Assembly (NCBI GenBank): GCA_951406725.2
Contig: OX597838.1
Location: 38,192,001 to 38,256,000, forward strand
Direction: 5' to 3'
Length of the DNA: 64,000 bases
From: Octopus vulgaris
Lineage: Eukaryota
Positions 27,444-43,558 of the stretch are shown piece by piece. The stretch's first letter is position 1, and every line of letters starts with the position of its first letter. Position numbers and translations under genes: made by a program. Below the pieces are notes generated by a model. That model ran no database searches. It saw only the letters and a program-made list of their open reading frames with translations, and was not told the origin of the DNA.

Positions 27444-28038
27444 GTGTGTACATTTAGAAAAAGAGGGAGAGGGAGAGAGAGAGAGAGATGCAAAATACAA
27501 AGACGATATACAGCAACAGACCGGTATAATAGTAATAGACGGTTACAGACAATATGGAAGATGTAGAACATAAAATAAGAACTTGACGAAGAAAATGCGT
27601 TATAGATGGGAAAGTATGATGTAGTATGTTTTAGTATAACATTACATATCACACACAATGTAACACGTATTGCAATGTGACATAACACAATGCAAAGTTA
27701 TATAAAAGAATAAAGTGGAATGTTATGTAACTCTGTAATGTTTCATAATGAAGAGTCTGTTTTCAAATGTCAAAGTAGAGATGTAAAGTGATGCAGTTCG
27801 AAAGAATGATGGCAAATAATTGTAGAAAAGCTTATGGAATATATGCAAAAGAAGTGACAGACTAAGACGCACGCACACATACAAACACACACAGACACAC
27901 TCACAAATGCATATATATCACACACATATATATACACATATATATATATGCGTACCTACATATACATATATATATGTGTGTGAATAATGAATAGAATTGA
28001 CATTCCTGATAGTAGTACGTGCGCGTGCACACACACAG

Positions 28039-28097
<59 letters not shown>

Positions 28098-28163
28098 TAC
28101 ATATATGTATATATATACATATATACGCATATATATACATATATATACACATACATACATTAC

Positions 28164-28195
<32 letters not shown>

Positions 28196-28499
28196 ATATA
28201 TATATCTATGTGTGTATGTGTGTATGTGTGTGATATGTTACTGACATATTTCACTTTCTGAGAGCAAATTCAATGTTGTTACCGCGAAGAAAGAAAAAAA
28301 TCTCGCTTATGGTAAAAAACGTTAAAATAGCATGTCTTCCCAGTGTTGCTCCTTGCCGGATTCCTGGAAGCGCTTCTCGCTCTTCAGCCGTTATCAATGG
28401 GAAACAGGAAAGGTAGGTAACTCTAGACATATTCGATGCTGTAGCTGTAACTAAGACACAAACAACAGCATGGGGTGTGTTATCTATCTCTGGCACACA

Positions 28500-28806
28500 A
28501 TCGGCTTCGATGACTAGGGCTTCGTTGATTCGATTAACCGAACACCCTGTTCGTGAAATTAACGTGCATGTGGTTGAGTACGCCATAGACATGTGTACTG
28601 CTAACGTTGTTGTTAGGGAGATTCAGCGTGACACAAAATATGACGTGCTAGGCCTTTGAAATATACGCACTACTCAATTTTGCCAGCTGAGTGGACTCAG
28701 GCAACGTGAAATGAAGTGTCTTGTTCAGGGACACAGCACGTTGCCGGAAATTGAACTCACGACCTCACGATAGTTAGGTAAATGCTCTAACCACTAAGCT
28801 ACGCAC
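28500..28806 (-). mobile_element. SINE family C, diverged
   Basis: Reverse complement of the family C head and body. Confidence 0.75.
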
Positions 28807-28889
28807 CTTTACATCTGAGTTATATGCATAATATATATGCATTTATATATACACATGTATATATGTATGTGTATGCGTGTGTGTGTAAA

Positions 28890-30640
<1,751 letters not shown>

Positions 30641-31197
30641 TATGTATGTATGTATGTATGTATGTATGTATGTATGTATGTATGTATGTATGTATGTATG
30701 TGTAAATATACACATACATGGACAAATACAAATATATGAAACTCAAGATAACTTCTAGAGTTCTTAAAGTTACATTCGCATCTCGAGGATGTATCTTAAT
30801 TACCAAATGACAATTAAAACCAGATCCACTTGAGAATGAAAGATAATCCAAAGATGCTAAAAGTCTCTCCAATTTTGAGATGCTATTAAGGATAGAGAAG
30901 AGGTAGTTGTTTGTACGCGTTTCTGGCTTAACAGCTCTTCATCAGTGTAGCAGTCGACTTACCTTCTCGTAGACAAAAGACTGATACAAAGCAAGCGTAA
31001 AAGGCATTATGTAATATGAAAGTAACATGATAATAAACACTAAAATGAGGTGCGAGAGGTGACTCAATGTGATCTGTGGTATATAAACAGCATAGATTAA
31101 TACAGGTCTATCAAATAACATACAACAAAAATTCTTGATTTATCGAAAGTATCAGCGCCTCTACTGGATGCATAATTACCTGATGGGCAATTTATAT

Positions 31198-31595
31198 AGG
31201 CGCAGGAGTGGCTGTGTGGCAAGTAGCTTGCTAACAAACCACATGGTTCTGGGTTCAGTCCCACTGCGTGGCACCTTAGGTAAGTGTCTTCTGCTATAGC
31301 CCCGGGCCGACCAATGCCTTGTGAGTGGATTTGGTAGACGGAAACTGAAAGAAGCCCGTCGTATATATGTATATATATATATGTGTGCGTGTATGTTTGT
31401 GTGTCTGTGTTTGTCCCCCTAGCTTGACAACCGATGCTGGTATATTTATGTCCCCGTTACTTAGCGGTTCGGCAAAAGAGACCGATAAAATAAGTACTGG
31501 GCTTACAAAAGAATAAGTCCCGGGGTCGATTTGCTCGACTAAAGGTGGTGCTCCAGCATGGCCGCAGTCAAATGACTGAAACAAGTAAAAGAGTA
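31198..31595 (+). mobile_element. SINE family A (a second head follows at about 31598-31755)
   Basis: Full-length copy. Confidence 0.9.
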
Positions 31596-31752
31596 TATAG
31601 GTGTGGCGATGTGGTAAAGAGCTTGCTTCCCAACCACATAGTTCCGTGTTCAGTCTCACTGCGTGACTCCTGGACTAGTTTCTTCTACTATAGTCTCGGG
31701 CTGATCAAAGCCTTGTGAGTGGATTTGGTAGACAGAAACTGGAAGAAACCCG

Positions 31753-31781
<29 letters not shown>

Positions 31782-31785
<4 letters not shown>

Positions 31786-32050
31786 TTATGAGAGGTAATG
31801 GTGTCAATAAGACCCAAAGGTGTCAGGTAATGCTGAGTAAGTGCTATGAACAGACCATAGTTAAGCTCCAGGTCCGGTGATTATGCGAACGAGGAGTCCA
31901 ACGTCGGCCATATATCAGCATGCGTATATATATATATAAAAATTTCAGAATGAGATAAAAATGCAAGGCTGTGAAAGATTTTATAACATTTATAAATAGA
32001 AGGTCGTACAGCCGGGATATTTTATATATCCCTTCGTCGGAGACGGTGTA
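31782..32050 (-). mobile_element. PLE pLTR-like repeat with decayed HHR
   Basis: Shares about 210 bp with 49002-49216. Minus strand CCGACGA-a-gggata..tatcc..ctgta (GAAA lost). Abuts (TA)n. Confidence 0.55.
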
Positions 32051-32347
32051 AGAAAATGGTTATGCAATATTAGTTCTATTTAAAATATGAAATAGAGAGT
32101 GAAGTGGAGGAATGACAATAGACGTGAGATATGCAGGGATATTGCATCTGTAGATCCATTATTTAGGCAGAATGGTATACATATAAGATTCCAATATCTT
32201 GTGCGCAAGTTCCAATAGTATTTAAAATTGGTCATTCCAATTATAGAGTTTGTACGCAGTGTTATCGAGGGTTTTATTTAAATTGACTTAAAAATTGGGA
32301 ATAATATATATATATAAACACACACGTGTTTTTTTTCTCTCTGTGTA

Positions 32348-32385
32348 TCTTTCTGTTGAAGAGCGTAGGCTCGAAACGTTAAAGA
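32348..32385 (+). ncRNA. Hammerhead-like motif (variant core)
   Basis: tcttt-CTGTTGA-a-gagc gtag gctc-GAAA-cg-TT-aaaga. Confidence 0.55.
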
Positions 32386-32482
32386 CTTGTTTTATTTATA
32401 TTTCCTGAGCGCCATACTAATACAATTGTTTGTTTGTTTTCCACCTGCCTTCGTCTTTTGTCTATTTTCATAAAGCTTCCCG

Positions 32483-32539
<57 letters not shown>

Positions 32540-32545
<6 letters not shown>

Positions 32546-32674
32546 AATTTATGAATAAATGAAAGAATGGAGTTGAACGACAAATTAACAAATTTCCTTT
32601 ATTCCTAATTAATAAAGGAAATTTGTTAATTTGTCGTTCAACTCCATTCTTTCATTTATTCATAAATTTTATAA
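32540..32674. repeat. Perfect ~64-bp-arm inverted repeat next to (TA)n
   Basis: Arms 32540-32603 and 32611-32674, 7-nt spacer. Confidence 0.9.
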
Positions 32675-32817
32675 AATACACACAAATTTCCACACGAAAA
32701 TACGTAGTCTCTGCCCTAGGCACGTAACTTCAACCGTGTTATTTCTGATGTGAATTTGCTACCCAGGTATCGGTTAAACGAATTATCCATAAAAAGATAT
32801 TTCATTTTTCTACTCAA

Positions 32818-32850
<33 letters not shown>

Positions 32851-32898
32851 TACATACATGCATACATACATACATACATACATACATACATACATACA

Positions 32899-32952
<54 letters not shown>

Positions 32953-33883
32953 CATGCATATAAAATACAAAATGGGACAAAAACGCAAAACATCCAGATA
33001 GACGATACTCAGAAAACAAGGACGGGTCATTCGGAGTTTTCTATCCCCAGTCGAGTTCCAGATTTTGTTTGCAATTTCGGCTGGTTATACTTGAGATTGC
33101 TTCAATTTGGCCAGCTCCAAGGAAAAACTAAGCCAAGCGCATTAGATTCCTGAAATCAGCGAATGTATACGAAAACAAAGACGGAAAAAATCGGAGAATG
33201 TTACACAAATTCAAATAACAGCACATAGCAAGAGGTGTCTTTCGACTAAGGACGAATTAAGTTAAGCTGGTGTGTGTGGAAGTATAGCCTTACGACAGAG
33301 ACACAAGATTTCACAGGCACAGGGAGGAATATAGATGTTGAACGGATGGTAGTCGAACCAAGAAAGAAAGGTCAGGCTTGGCCGAATACTGGTCACGTGG
33401 GGAGAGAAGAGAGAGATGTAGAGGTAGAAGGATGGAAGAAATATGGAGGGGCGAGAACAAAATGACGGACACAGTGAAGTGAAAAGAGGAGGAAACCGAG
33501 CATGAAAAGAAGGCAAGGAAATATGAGATAGGAGAAAGAAAGAACGAAGAGTGGAATGAACGAATGGCTGATATATAAATATTCCTTTTTCGAGATCAGT
33601 TTGTTACTGGAAAAAGCATATAGTACTTTTCGAGTGGAGTGAGTTTTCGTCAATAGCTGGTGATTAACACACGCTAAGGACGGGTAACCACCCGGAAACT
33701 TGAGTCAATTTGTATAACGTAAGGCTAGGAATAGGAGTGGTGACCTCCCGTCGCAAAAACTTATCGGTCACAGGGTGTTTGACGTTAGCCACCTGGAAGA
33801 GATGTCTTCACGGGGCTAAAAATACGCCAGTAGCACGGTTGCGTAGAGGACGCCACAATTGGTTGGCATTTATATATACACAC

Positions 33884-34051
<168 letters not shown>

Positions 34052-34052
34052 G

Positions 34053-34084
<32 letters not shown>

Positions 34085-35071
34085 TATACATATATATATG
34101 TGTGTGTATGTATATATGTATGTATGTATGAGTGAGTGTGTGTGAATGTGCGTGTGTGTATGCATGCATATATACACAGATAAATGCGCGTATCTATAGA
34201 TGTCTACTATGCCTGTCTGTAGAGGTACTAATGCATGGGCAACCGCCAAACATCTACTAAGAATTTTGCTAAACCTACGCATATATTTATGTATGTTTGA
34301 CTACATAGCTCTATATATAATCTTACGCACATATATATATATATATATATAGACACGTAAATGCATGCATGTATATATATACGAATGTATGCATTTATGT
34401 ATGTATGTATGTATGTATGTATGTATGTATTTATATCGACATAGATATAAATAAGTACACATACATGCAGAAACATATGTGTATCCGTACAATTTGTTTT
34501 CATACTAGCTTAAACATATCGCACGTATAAATACATATTCGTACATATATGTATGTTGTGGGTGTAGGTGTGCTGTGTTGTGTGTGTGTGACTTCGTGCG
34601 TGTGTGTAAGTGTGTTCGTATCCTTATAAATATAAAAATGCAATAAAATTTAAATATGGAAATGTAATTATAACTATAGAAACTATTACGAAAAGAATAA
34701 TAAAAAAATCTATAATTATGACAATATATTGGTGCAGGAAATGCAATTTAGGGAGGTCTATAAAACGAAATTTACTTGTGACATGAATATATAAGAATAA
34801 TATGTATAAGTTTATATACATTATTTTTGGGTGTATAGTGTGACTGCTTACACACTATGGAAATCTAGAGAAATGACAGAAATGAAAATAACATATTTTG
34901 GTTCAATGTTAAATTTTGGCAGCTCAGATGATTAATTTGCCTACTTTTTCGCAGATTTATGTTTTTTTAAAAACGTAGAACTGCAGTATATATTCAACTG
35001 TTAAATATATATATATATATATATAGAAACACACACGCGTACACATACACACAGACACACACATTCACACA

Positions 35072-35118
<47 letters not shown>

Positions 35119-35214
35119 CACTTATAATTATATATAGACATATATATATTTAAACATATATATGCATACATATATCTATATACAGCAGCCACCCGTGTAT
35201 ATACATATTTATAA

Positions 35215-35349
<135 letters not shown>

Positions 35350-35392
35350 TATATATATATATGTATGTATGTATATCTATATATATACATAT

Positions 35393-35429
<37 letters not shown>

Positions 35430-35520
35430 CACTGCCTGTTTTATACAGTTTCCGCCAAACTAATCCAGTCTGAAGGATCTCGTTGGACCGTGACTATATT
35501 AACAGAACCTGCCCATCGTG

Positions 35521-35585
<65 letters not shown>

Positions 35586-36541
35586 GTACAAAAATGGGAC
35601 AAGAACGCAAAACATCCAGATAGTTAGGTGATAAAACAAAAAAGGGACAACAAAACATCCAGACAGACGACTCAGAGAAAACAAGGACGGGTCATTCGGA
35701 GATTTCTATCCTCGTTCGAGTTCCAGATTATCTTTGCAATTTCGGTTGGTTGTACTCAAAATTGCCCCAATGTGGCCAGCCCCAAGGAGAAAACTAAGCT
35801 AAGAGCACTATATTCCTTAGAAGAAAGCAGCGAATATATATGAAAACAAGGACGGAAATAAAAAACGGAGAATGTTACGCAAATACAAATAACAGGACAT
35901 AACAAGAGGAGGGATGTGAGCATGAAGAGGAGGCCAGGAAATGTGAGAGAGTGGAAACGAGAGAACAAAGAGTGAAATGAACGAAGTGTGAAGGGGCTGA
36001 TAGAAAGAAGGAAAGAATGAAAGAATGAAAGAATAGAACGAATAATAGTGTCGTACAAAATTTAGATATATACATACTTACATATAAGATACCAAAGTGT
36101 ACGTACGCCGCTATATTTTTATATATAAAAAATACAAAAATGGGACAAGAACGCAAAACATCCAGACAGGTAGGTGATACAAAAAGAGGACAAAACCATA
36201 CAGACAGACGACATAAAGTACACAAGGACGGGTTATTCGGAGATTTTTTCCTCAGTTGAATTCCAGATTATCTTTGCAATTTCATTGCTCCAATGAAAAA
36301 TTAAGGTAAGAGCACTAGATTCCTTGGAATAATATAATATAATATAATATAAATAATATATACATGCATATATACAAACGTATATGTACATACTAACACC
36401 TAAACGCATATATATTATTGATATGCAGCCATATCCACACTCACATATATCTATGAAGAGAGATATACATACAGCGAGTTATAGATGTCTGTAAGCATAT
36501 GTATATATCTGGTTATATATGTATGTATATCTATCTATCTG

Positions 36542-36597
<56 letters not shown>

Positions 36598-36667
36598 CCT
36601 GTCTGTCTGTCTATCTTTCTATCTATCTAGTTATCTATTTATCAATCTACCTCTCCCTCCCCCTCTC

Positions 36668-36769
<102 letters not shown>

Positions 36770-37525
36770 CTATATGTTCAAATATATTCTATTATAGATA
36801 TATTGTGTAACTTAACATCAGTTCAACAGTTACTTCGAAGTTTTGGTTTCGTCTCCTCGGCCAGGCCTTCAGTTTTCGGGGGCTTATATATACAACTTTT
36901 GGTTCAACTTGTGAGTGCAGCAGTGTGGCTTCAAAATATGTCAGGTTTTGCTTTACACTTTATTAAACGTGCAATATTTTTGACGCAATTTTTCCATTGA
37001 ATTCAAGTTGTTTTTCATCGTTAATCTTTATACGAATCTTGATTCTCCCACATGTATTTACATATGTACTTGAATAATTACTAATTATAAGACTTCAGCT
37101 TTACACCAGAAACCAGCGAATATTTGCCTCGTCCCTCTCCTATCCTCCTACACAATGCCAAATTCATACGGCGATATTCACAGATATATTTGTAAGAATC
37201 GAAACAAAGACACAAAAAAATCAGAATTTTCTTGTAGCATATTTAAAAGATACCATCTCTCAAGAGTCTGCAATGCTTTATGAACTGACGTTAACTTTCT
37301 TTCCAATACACAATAAATATTTGCTTTCTGCTCATTCTTCTTCTTTTCCTTCGTATCCTACTGCAGCTACTGTTCCACCTCCTAATCCGACACCCCCTGA
37401 TCCTCGCCGTTCGATTCACAAGCTATTTACGGCCAACCATCATAACTTCTTTCCTTTACATGCCACAAAGATGTACAATTATAACAAAGTTCCATTACAA
37501 CATAGTACAGAGCAATACAAACATA

Positions 37526-37558
<33 letters not shown>

Positions 37559-37814
37559 TAATAAATGAAATAAAACATATGCATATATATAAACATATAT
37601 GTACGTACCTACCTCTACATGTACATATACACGCATATATGAGTACAGGACACCAAAGGGACGTCAAACACAAAGAGAAACGAAAACAGACACAAAGCAA
37701 AGGAACTGGACATTTTTTTAAAAACAACAAAAAATGGAGTACAGGACAATTAACACAAAGAAAAAACCCCTTCTTCAGTCGCTAAGGTTTCATCTACTCT
37801 ACGTTTCGAAGGAT

Positions 37815-37851
<37 letters not shown>

Positions 37852-38121
37852 GTTGTATACTGTCAACTCAACGTGACAGTCCCGTAAGGGAATTACACTA
37901 CCGCCATTTAGCCCTAGGAAACATCAACGTTTCCTGTCGGCTTTGACACATTTTCTGCGTCCTTATATTTTCAAAGGGGAGGCAATCACCCCCGCCAGCT
38001 GGGACTAGCACCTTGGGCAAGTGTCTCTAATATAGCCTCGTATCGGCCAAAGACTTGTGGGTGGATTTGGTAAACGGAAGCTGAGAGAACCCTGTCATAT
38101 TATATATATGTGTGTGTGGGT

Positions 38122-38417
38122 GGAGGTGCAATGGTCCAGTGGTTAAGGCAGCAGACTCGCGGTTTCGTTTCCCAAACCGGGCGTTGTGAGTATTTATTAA
38201 GCGAAAACGCCTAAAGCTCGACGAGGCTCCGGCAGGGGGTGGTGGCGATCCCTGCTGTACTCTTTCGCCTCAACATTCTCTCACTCTTTCTTCTGTTGGC
38301 CAGCTCGCTTAGCCAACGGGGTGCCGTCATTTGAAGGCTAAAACAATGCGAAGTGCATGGTGACCAGCGATGTGTAGCAACATCTGATAGCCTGGTCAGT
38401 CACGGTGATCACGGTGA
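38122..38417 (+). mobile_element. SINE family D
   Basis: Matches the reverse complement of 19860-20175. Confidence 0.85.
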
Positions 38418-38422
38418 TATAT

Positions 38423-38482
<60 letters not shown>

Positions 38483-38513
38483 TATTTTATATATATATAT
38501 ATATGTATATGTA

Positions 38514-38566
<53 letters not shown>

Positions 38567-38573
38567 GTATATT

Positions 38574-38604
<31 letters not shown>

Positions 38605-38886
38605 GTATATTTATATACATATATATACATACATACATACATACATACATACATACATACATACATACATACATACATACATACATACATACATACATGC
38701 ATACATACTCCTATATTTGAGAGCGTCGGCGCTTAGAAGTCTAGAAATTTATCTATTGAAGCAATTTAATGACGTTGGCAATGTTGCGTAGAAATAAACA
38801 GGTACACAAGACGGAAAACAGTTGCATGGGTAAGGAGAGAGGGGCAAGTGCGTAGGAAATTATATAAGTATACAAGCGTTTACACG

Positions 38887-38924
<38 letters not shown>

Positions 38925-39326
38925 CGTATACAAGGAGGCATATGTATGAGTACGTGTGTTCGCGGCTCAGTATGTATTACAAAGAAACAGTATATGCCTG
39001 TGTATGTCCTACATGTAGACATAGTAATCGCTTTCAATCGCGTTCTTTTTATTGCTACCATTTAAGCTTGTCTACTTCAGATGCTTTTCCCATCTTTCTT
39101 AGATAAACACCGAATATACAAGCGCAGTAGGGAGTCGATTTAATGCAATCAATCAATACTGCGCTGATCTATGCTTGTACGCATGAAGATATACACACGC
39201 ATACACGTATATATATATATACACACACACAGACACACAGACACACAGACACACACACATATATATATATATAAATACATGCATGCATGCATAGATACAT
39301 ACATACACACATACATACATATATGT

Positions 39327-39388
<62 letters not shown>

Positions 39389-39821
39389 CATATTGTAAAG
39401 TTATAAACAGGGTAAATTTCAGCCATTTCCCCAGCAGACTGAAAAAGCTGAACCTTAATCGATTTTCGAACCTTATTGTGTTCTCATCAGTGGCGTCTAT
39501 CCATCTTGGCAATTTCCAGTGAAACACGCAGCCAAACTGTTTATATACTCAACAAATACAGCAGTACCCTATGAAGGGGTCCCTAATTTGCATACCAAAA
39601 GTGTTTAACACTATGAATACCAGCGGCCTGTCAACGGAGATCTCATTTCACACAGTATGAAGGCATGATATAATATATACGTAACGTATGGTATAGTATA
39701 AGTTATTGAGTATTTAACACTCTATAAACACCAGCGGCCTATAGATATATATGAGATTTTGGGTATAGTTATACTAATGTGTCCATCTGTTTTAAATTTA
39801 ATTAAATTCTATGGCTTTGTC

Positions 39822-39903
39822 CAGCTGAGGATTGCTCTGTATTCAAATTGATGTAATGATTGCTTTGTTCAATTAAATGGAGTTGCATGAAACGATCGTA
39901 CTG
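39822..39903 (+). ncRNA. Type I hammerhead motif, intact core
   Basis: cag-CTGAGGA-ttgc...gcat-GAAA-cgatcg-TA-ctg, with palindromic helix III ACGATCGT. Confidence 0.7.
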
Positions 39904-40016
39904 CATTACATCTGGATATCCTTTATCCTTGTTGCTTATTTTGATTATATATATATATATATGGTATTAGTTGATGTAGGAGATTGATTTCATATTAGAC
40001 TTTTATCAGTTACAAC

Positions 40017-40188
40017 AGGCGCAGGAGTGGCTGTGTGGTAAGTAGCTTGCTAACCAACCACATGGTTCCGGGTTCAGACCTACTGCGTGGCACCTTGGGC
40101 AAGTGTCTTCTGCTATAGCCCCGGGCCGACCAATGCCTTGTGAGTGGATTTGGTAGACGGAAACTGAAAGAAGTCCGTCGTATATATG

Positions 40189-40219
<31 letters not shown>

Positions 40220-40435
40220 ATATATAAGTGTTGTGTGTCTGTGTTTGTCCCCCTAGCATTGCTTGACAACCGATGCTGGTGTGTTTACGTCCCCGTCACT
40301 TAGCGGTTCGGCAAAAGAGACCGATAGAATAAGTACTGGGCTTACAAAGAATAAGTCCCGAGGTCGATTTGCTCGACTAAAGGCGGTGCTCCAGCATGGC
40401 CGCAGTCAAATGACTGAAACAAGTAAAAGAGAGTA
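40017..40435 (+). mobile_element. SINE family A
   Basis: Full-length copy. Confidence 0.9.
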
Positions 40436-40599
40436 TATGTTTCGACCCATCAGTCTGGGTCTCTTCATGTACAATGATAAAGAAGTCTCACTAGAAATTT
40501 TTATGTCGGCTATGTTATGGAGAGAGAGTGAGAGAGAGAGACAAACAGAGAAAGAGAGAAATAAATATATCCATATATTTTAAAGACCTAGCAGAAAAT

Positions 40600-41215
40600 A
40601 TAAAAACCATGATGTCCTTTGGTATAATCCAATCTGGGGCTCAAATATCTCATCCAAGATCACGAAACAAATATTTTCACTGCACTTGTTCCCTGCTTCC
40701 CTAAAATTAGAGTGTAAAGGAAAATATCCAACCATAACACAATAAAACTGTCCTAGGAAAATTCATCAAATATAGAGCACCACATCCATAGGATTATCAA
40801 TCCTAAATTGAGGCAACGAACAGATTACACTCAAAATAAGCCCGTAAAAACTGACCACAACTCGCATAACCGACCTACAGGCAGCGCGATTACTAGCCAT
40901 TTAATGCATTAAAGTGATAACAACTCGAACTATAATACCAACCAACCGAAAGAATATAAATACAATATCGAGAATAACCATCCAACGAATCAAACCACCA
41001 ACAATTCAAACAACACTAATATACCAAGAAACTGATAATAAAAGTATAATAGCCACCACAAATATACTGATCAGAACCAAATCATCTAGTGGTCGCAGCG
41101 CAAAAATATACAAAAGAACGAACCAGTTATACTCATGTAGAGACAAATACAAATGTCCTTTGGGCAATCAATGTATTACCCAAAATATGATATATAAGTG
41201 CATTGAAATGCTTCA
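40600..41215 (+). mobile_element. Decayed PLE ORF fragment (linker and start of GIY-YIG)
   Basis: WYNPIWGSNI near 40620 and CRDKYKCPLGNQCITQNMIYKC near 41135-41200. Confidence 0.6.
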
Positions 41216-41369
41216 ATGAAAATGGACACCACATGAGGGATGTTGTTTTCCACACTTGATTTTTGACAAATGCTAATTCAATACAGAAACACTAATGTCA
41301 ATAACATTTGCAGCTAACATCAATGATTCTGTGAATTTTTAGAAAACGTCCGTTCTCTCTACCCCACCC

Positions 41370-41470
<101 letters not shown>

Positions 41471-41854
41471 TTTCAACATTTGAGGGTAAAATTAATTAAT
41501 TATTAATCAATTTCACCAAGTATTCAGTATGTAAAGGGACCATTTAAGGCGAATTCAAATTATTACATTATATAAAAGGGCTTAGTAAAATAAATTACTT
41601 TGCCACATACTGAACTCATTAGAAATAGCAGCTAAAAAAATTTTTTAAAAACTATTTCTAATATTTAAAGAAAATCTCTCTCATATAGTGTTTGCTCAAG
41701 TCAACTCACGAAGGTATGGGGGTAAAGACATTAAAAAATCACAAATGCAAAGGTTATTTGAGAACGTACGTTTCGAGCAGATCTTCAGAAGTGATAAGAA
41801 GCCAAAAGGGTATGCTCCCACTTTCAGTGTTCCCAAATCCGAATCAAGGAGTTC

Positions 41855-41906
41855 TGAGCTGACGAAAGAAATGTCGATTTGACTAATCTAGAAACGTACG
41901 TTCTCA
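41855..41906 (+). ncRNA. Type I hammerhead motif, copy 1
   Basis: tgag-CTGACGA-a-aga..gtc gattt gac..tct-a-GAAA-cgtacg-TT-ctca; predicted cut after 41902. Confidence 0.8.
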
Positions 41907-42414
41907 AATAACCTTTGCATTTGTGATTTTTAATGTCTTTACCCCCATACCTTCGTGAGTTGACTTGAGCAAACACTATATGAGAGAGATTTTCTTTAAG
42001 TATTAGAAATAGTTTTAAAAAAATTTTTTTAGATGCTATTTCTAATGAGTTCAGTATGTGGCAAAGTAATTTATTTTACTAAGCCCTTTTATATAATGTA
42101 ATAATTTGAATTCGCCTTAAATGGTCCCTTTGCATACTGAATACTTGGTGAAATTGATTAATAATTAATTAATTTTACCCTCAATTGTTGAAATTATAAT
42201 TCATTTCTCTCTATTTAATGCTTCGGTTTTTACCGATAAAACATAGTGTTTACCAATTTTAACCCACGCTGGTGGAAAGGGGAGAGCAGAAATTCTTCGC
42301 TTGCATATTTTGAATTTGCTAGCACTGATAGTTCGAGCAGATCTTCAGAAGTGATAAGAAGCCAAAAGGGTATGCTCCCACTTTCAGTGTTCCCAAATCC
42401 GAATCAAGGAGTTC

Positions 42415-42466
42415 TGAGCTGACGAAAGAAATGTCGATTTGACTAATCTAGAAACGTACGTTCTCA
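42415..42466 (+). ncRNA. Type I hammerhead motif, copy 2
   Basis: Identical to 41855-41906; predicted cut after 42462. Confidence 0.8.
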
Positions 42467-42656
42467 AATAACCTTTGCATTTGTGATTTTTTAATGCCTT
42501 TACCCCCATACCTTCGTGAGTTGACTTGAGCAAACACTATATGAGAGAGATTTTCTTTAAGTATTAGAAATAGTTTAAAAAAAATTTTTTTAGATGCTAT
42601 TTCTAATGAGTTCAGTATGCGGCAAAGTAATTTATTTTACTAAGCCCTTTTATATA

Positions 42657-42741
<85 letters not shown>

Positions 42742-42764
42742 TATATGACAATTAGTTGGTTGTC

Positions 42765-42826
42765 ATAATAAAACTCAAAGTTTTGAGACCGGAGATGAAG
42801 ACCGCTCCGGCATCTCATCAGTTATT
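42765..42826 (-). ncRNA. Decayed hammerhead motif (G12A)
   Basis: Minus strand ataa-CTGATGA-ga..ccggag..ctccgg.ctc-AAAA-ctttgag-TT-ttat. Confidence 0.5.
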
Positions 42827-43558
42827 AAAACTTCTATTTTACATAATATCGAGGTTTCATTCATTCTTTTGTTGTCATATTATTATTATTAATATACATA
42901 AAACCTCTATTGCCTGTTTTCAGCTCATCATACTTCGATACGTTAAAAATTTACAAGCTTCAGCGCCAATATGCCTCTAGTGTTCCTGTAGTTTGTTTTA
43001 TATATCCTCTGCAGATTGCTTGAAGCTCACTAACTTCCTACACTTCCATTCTTGGATCTTACCTTTACATCTTTGCCTCTGTCTCTATCTATATATATAT
43101 GTGTGTGTATGTGTGTTAATGTATATAGACATGTGTATTTGAAAGGAATTTTTTAGTTTACGACTATTAAAAATTCGCTCACAAGTCTTTGGTCGTCCGG
43201 GGCTATACCAGAAGATTCTTGCCAAAGATGCCGTAGAGTGGTATCGAAACAAAGATCATATATTTGAAGAGAAGAACCCTTCTTATTCACAAAACCATGC
43301 CTGCGCCTATTGACTCATCTGCGCCTAGTGACTCACCTGTGCCTATTGATTCACATAGGCCTATAGACTCACATCTGCTTAAAAAACAAATTACCATTCA
43401 AATGTTTATTCAACATAATTATGATATCGCGGGAAGAACAATTTATTTACTCTCATAATTCTAAAACAATTCTGATAGTCACGAGGTCTAACTCCATACC
43501 TGTTTCAGAATTATTAAACTTTTTTCAGTGCAATATAGACTTTCGTATGCAACATATA

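Noticed and set aside
28344-28412. 69-nt plus-strand segment with cag| and |gtaggt signals
   Set aside because: All three frames are open, I recognise no homology, and no partner exons are visible on that strand.
42040-42140. Conserved hairpin as SECIS, twister, pistol or C/D snoRNA
   Set aside because: The required consensus nucleotides and spacing are not shared across the three homologous copies.
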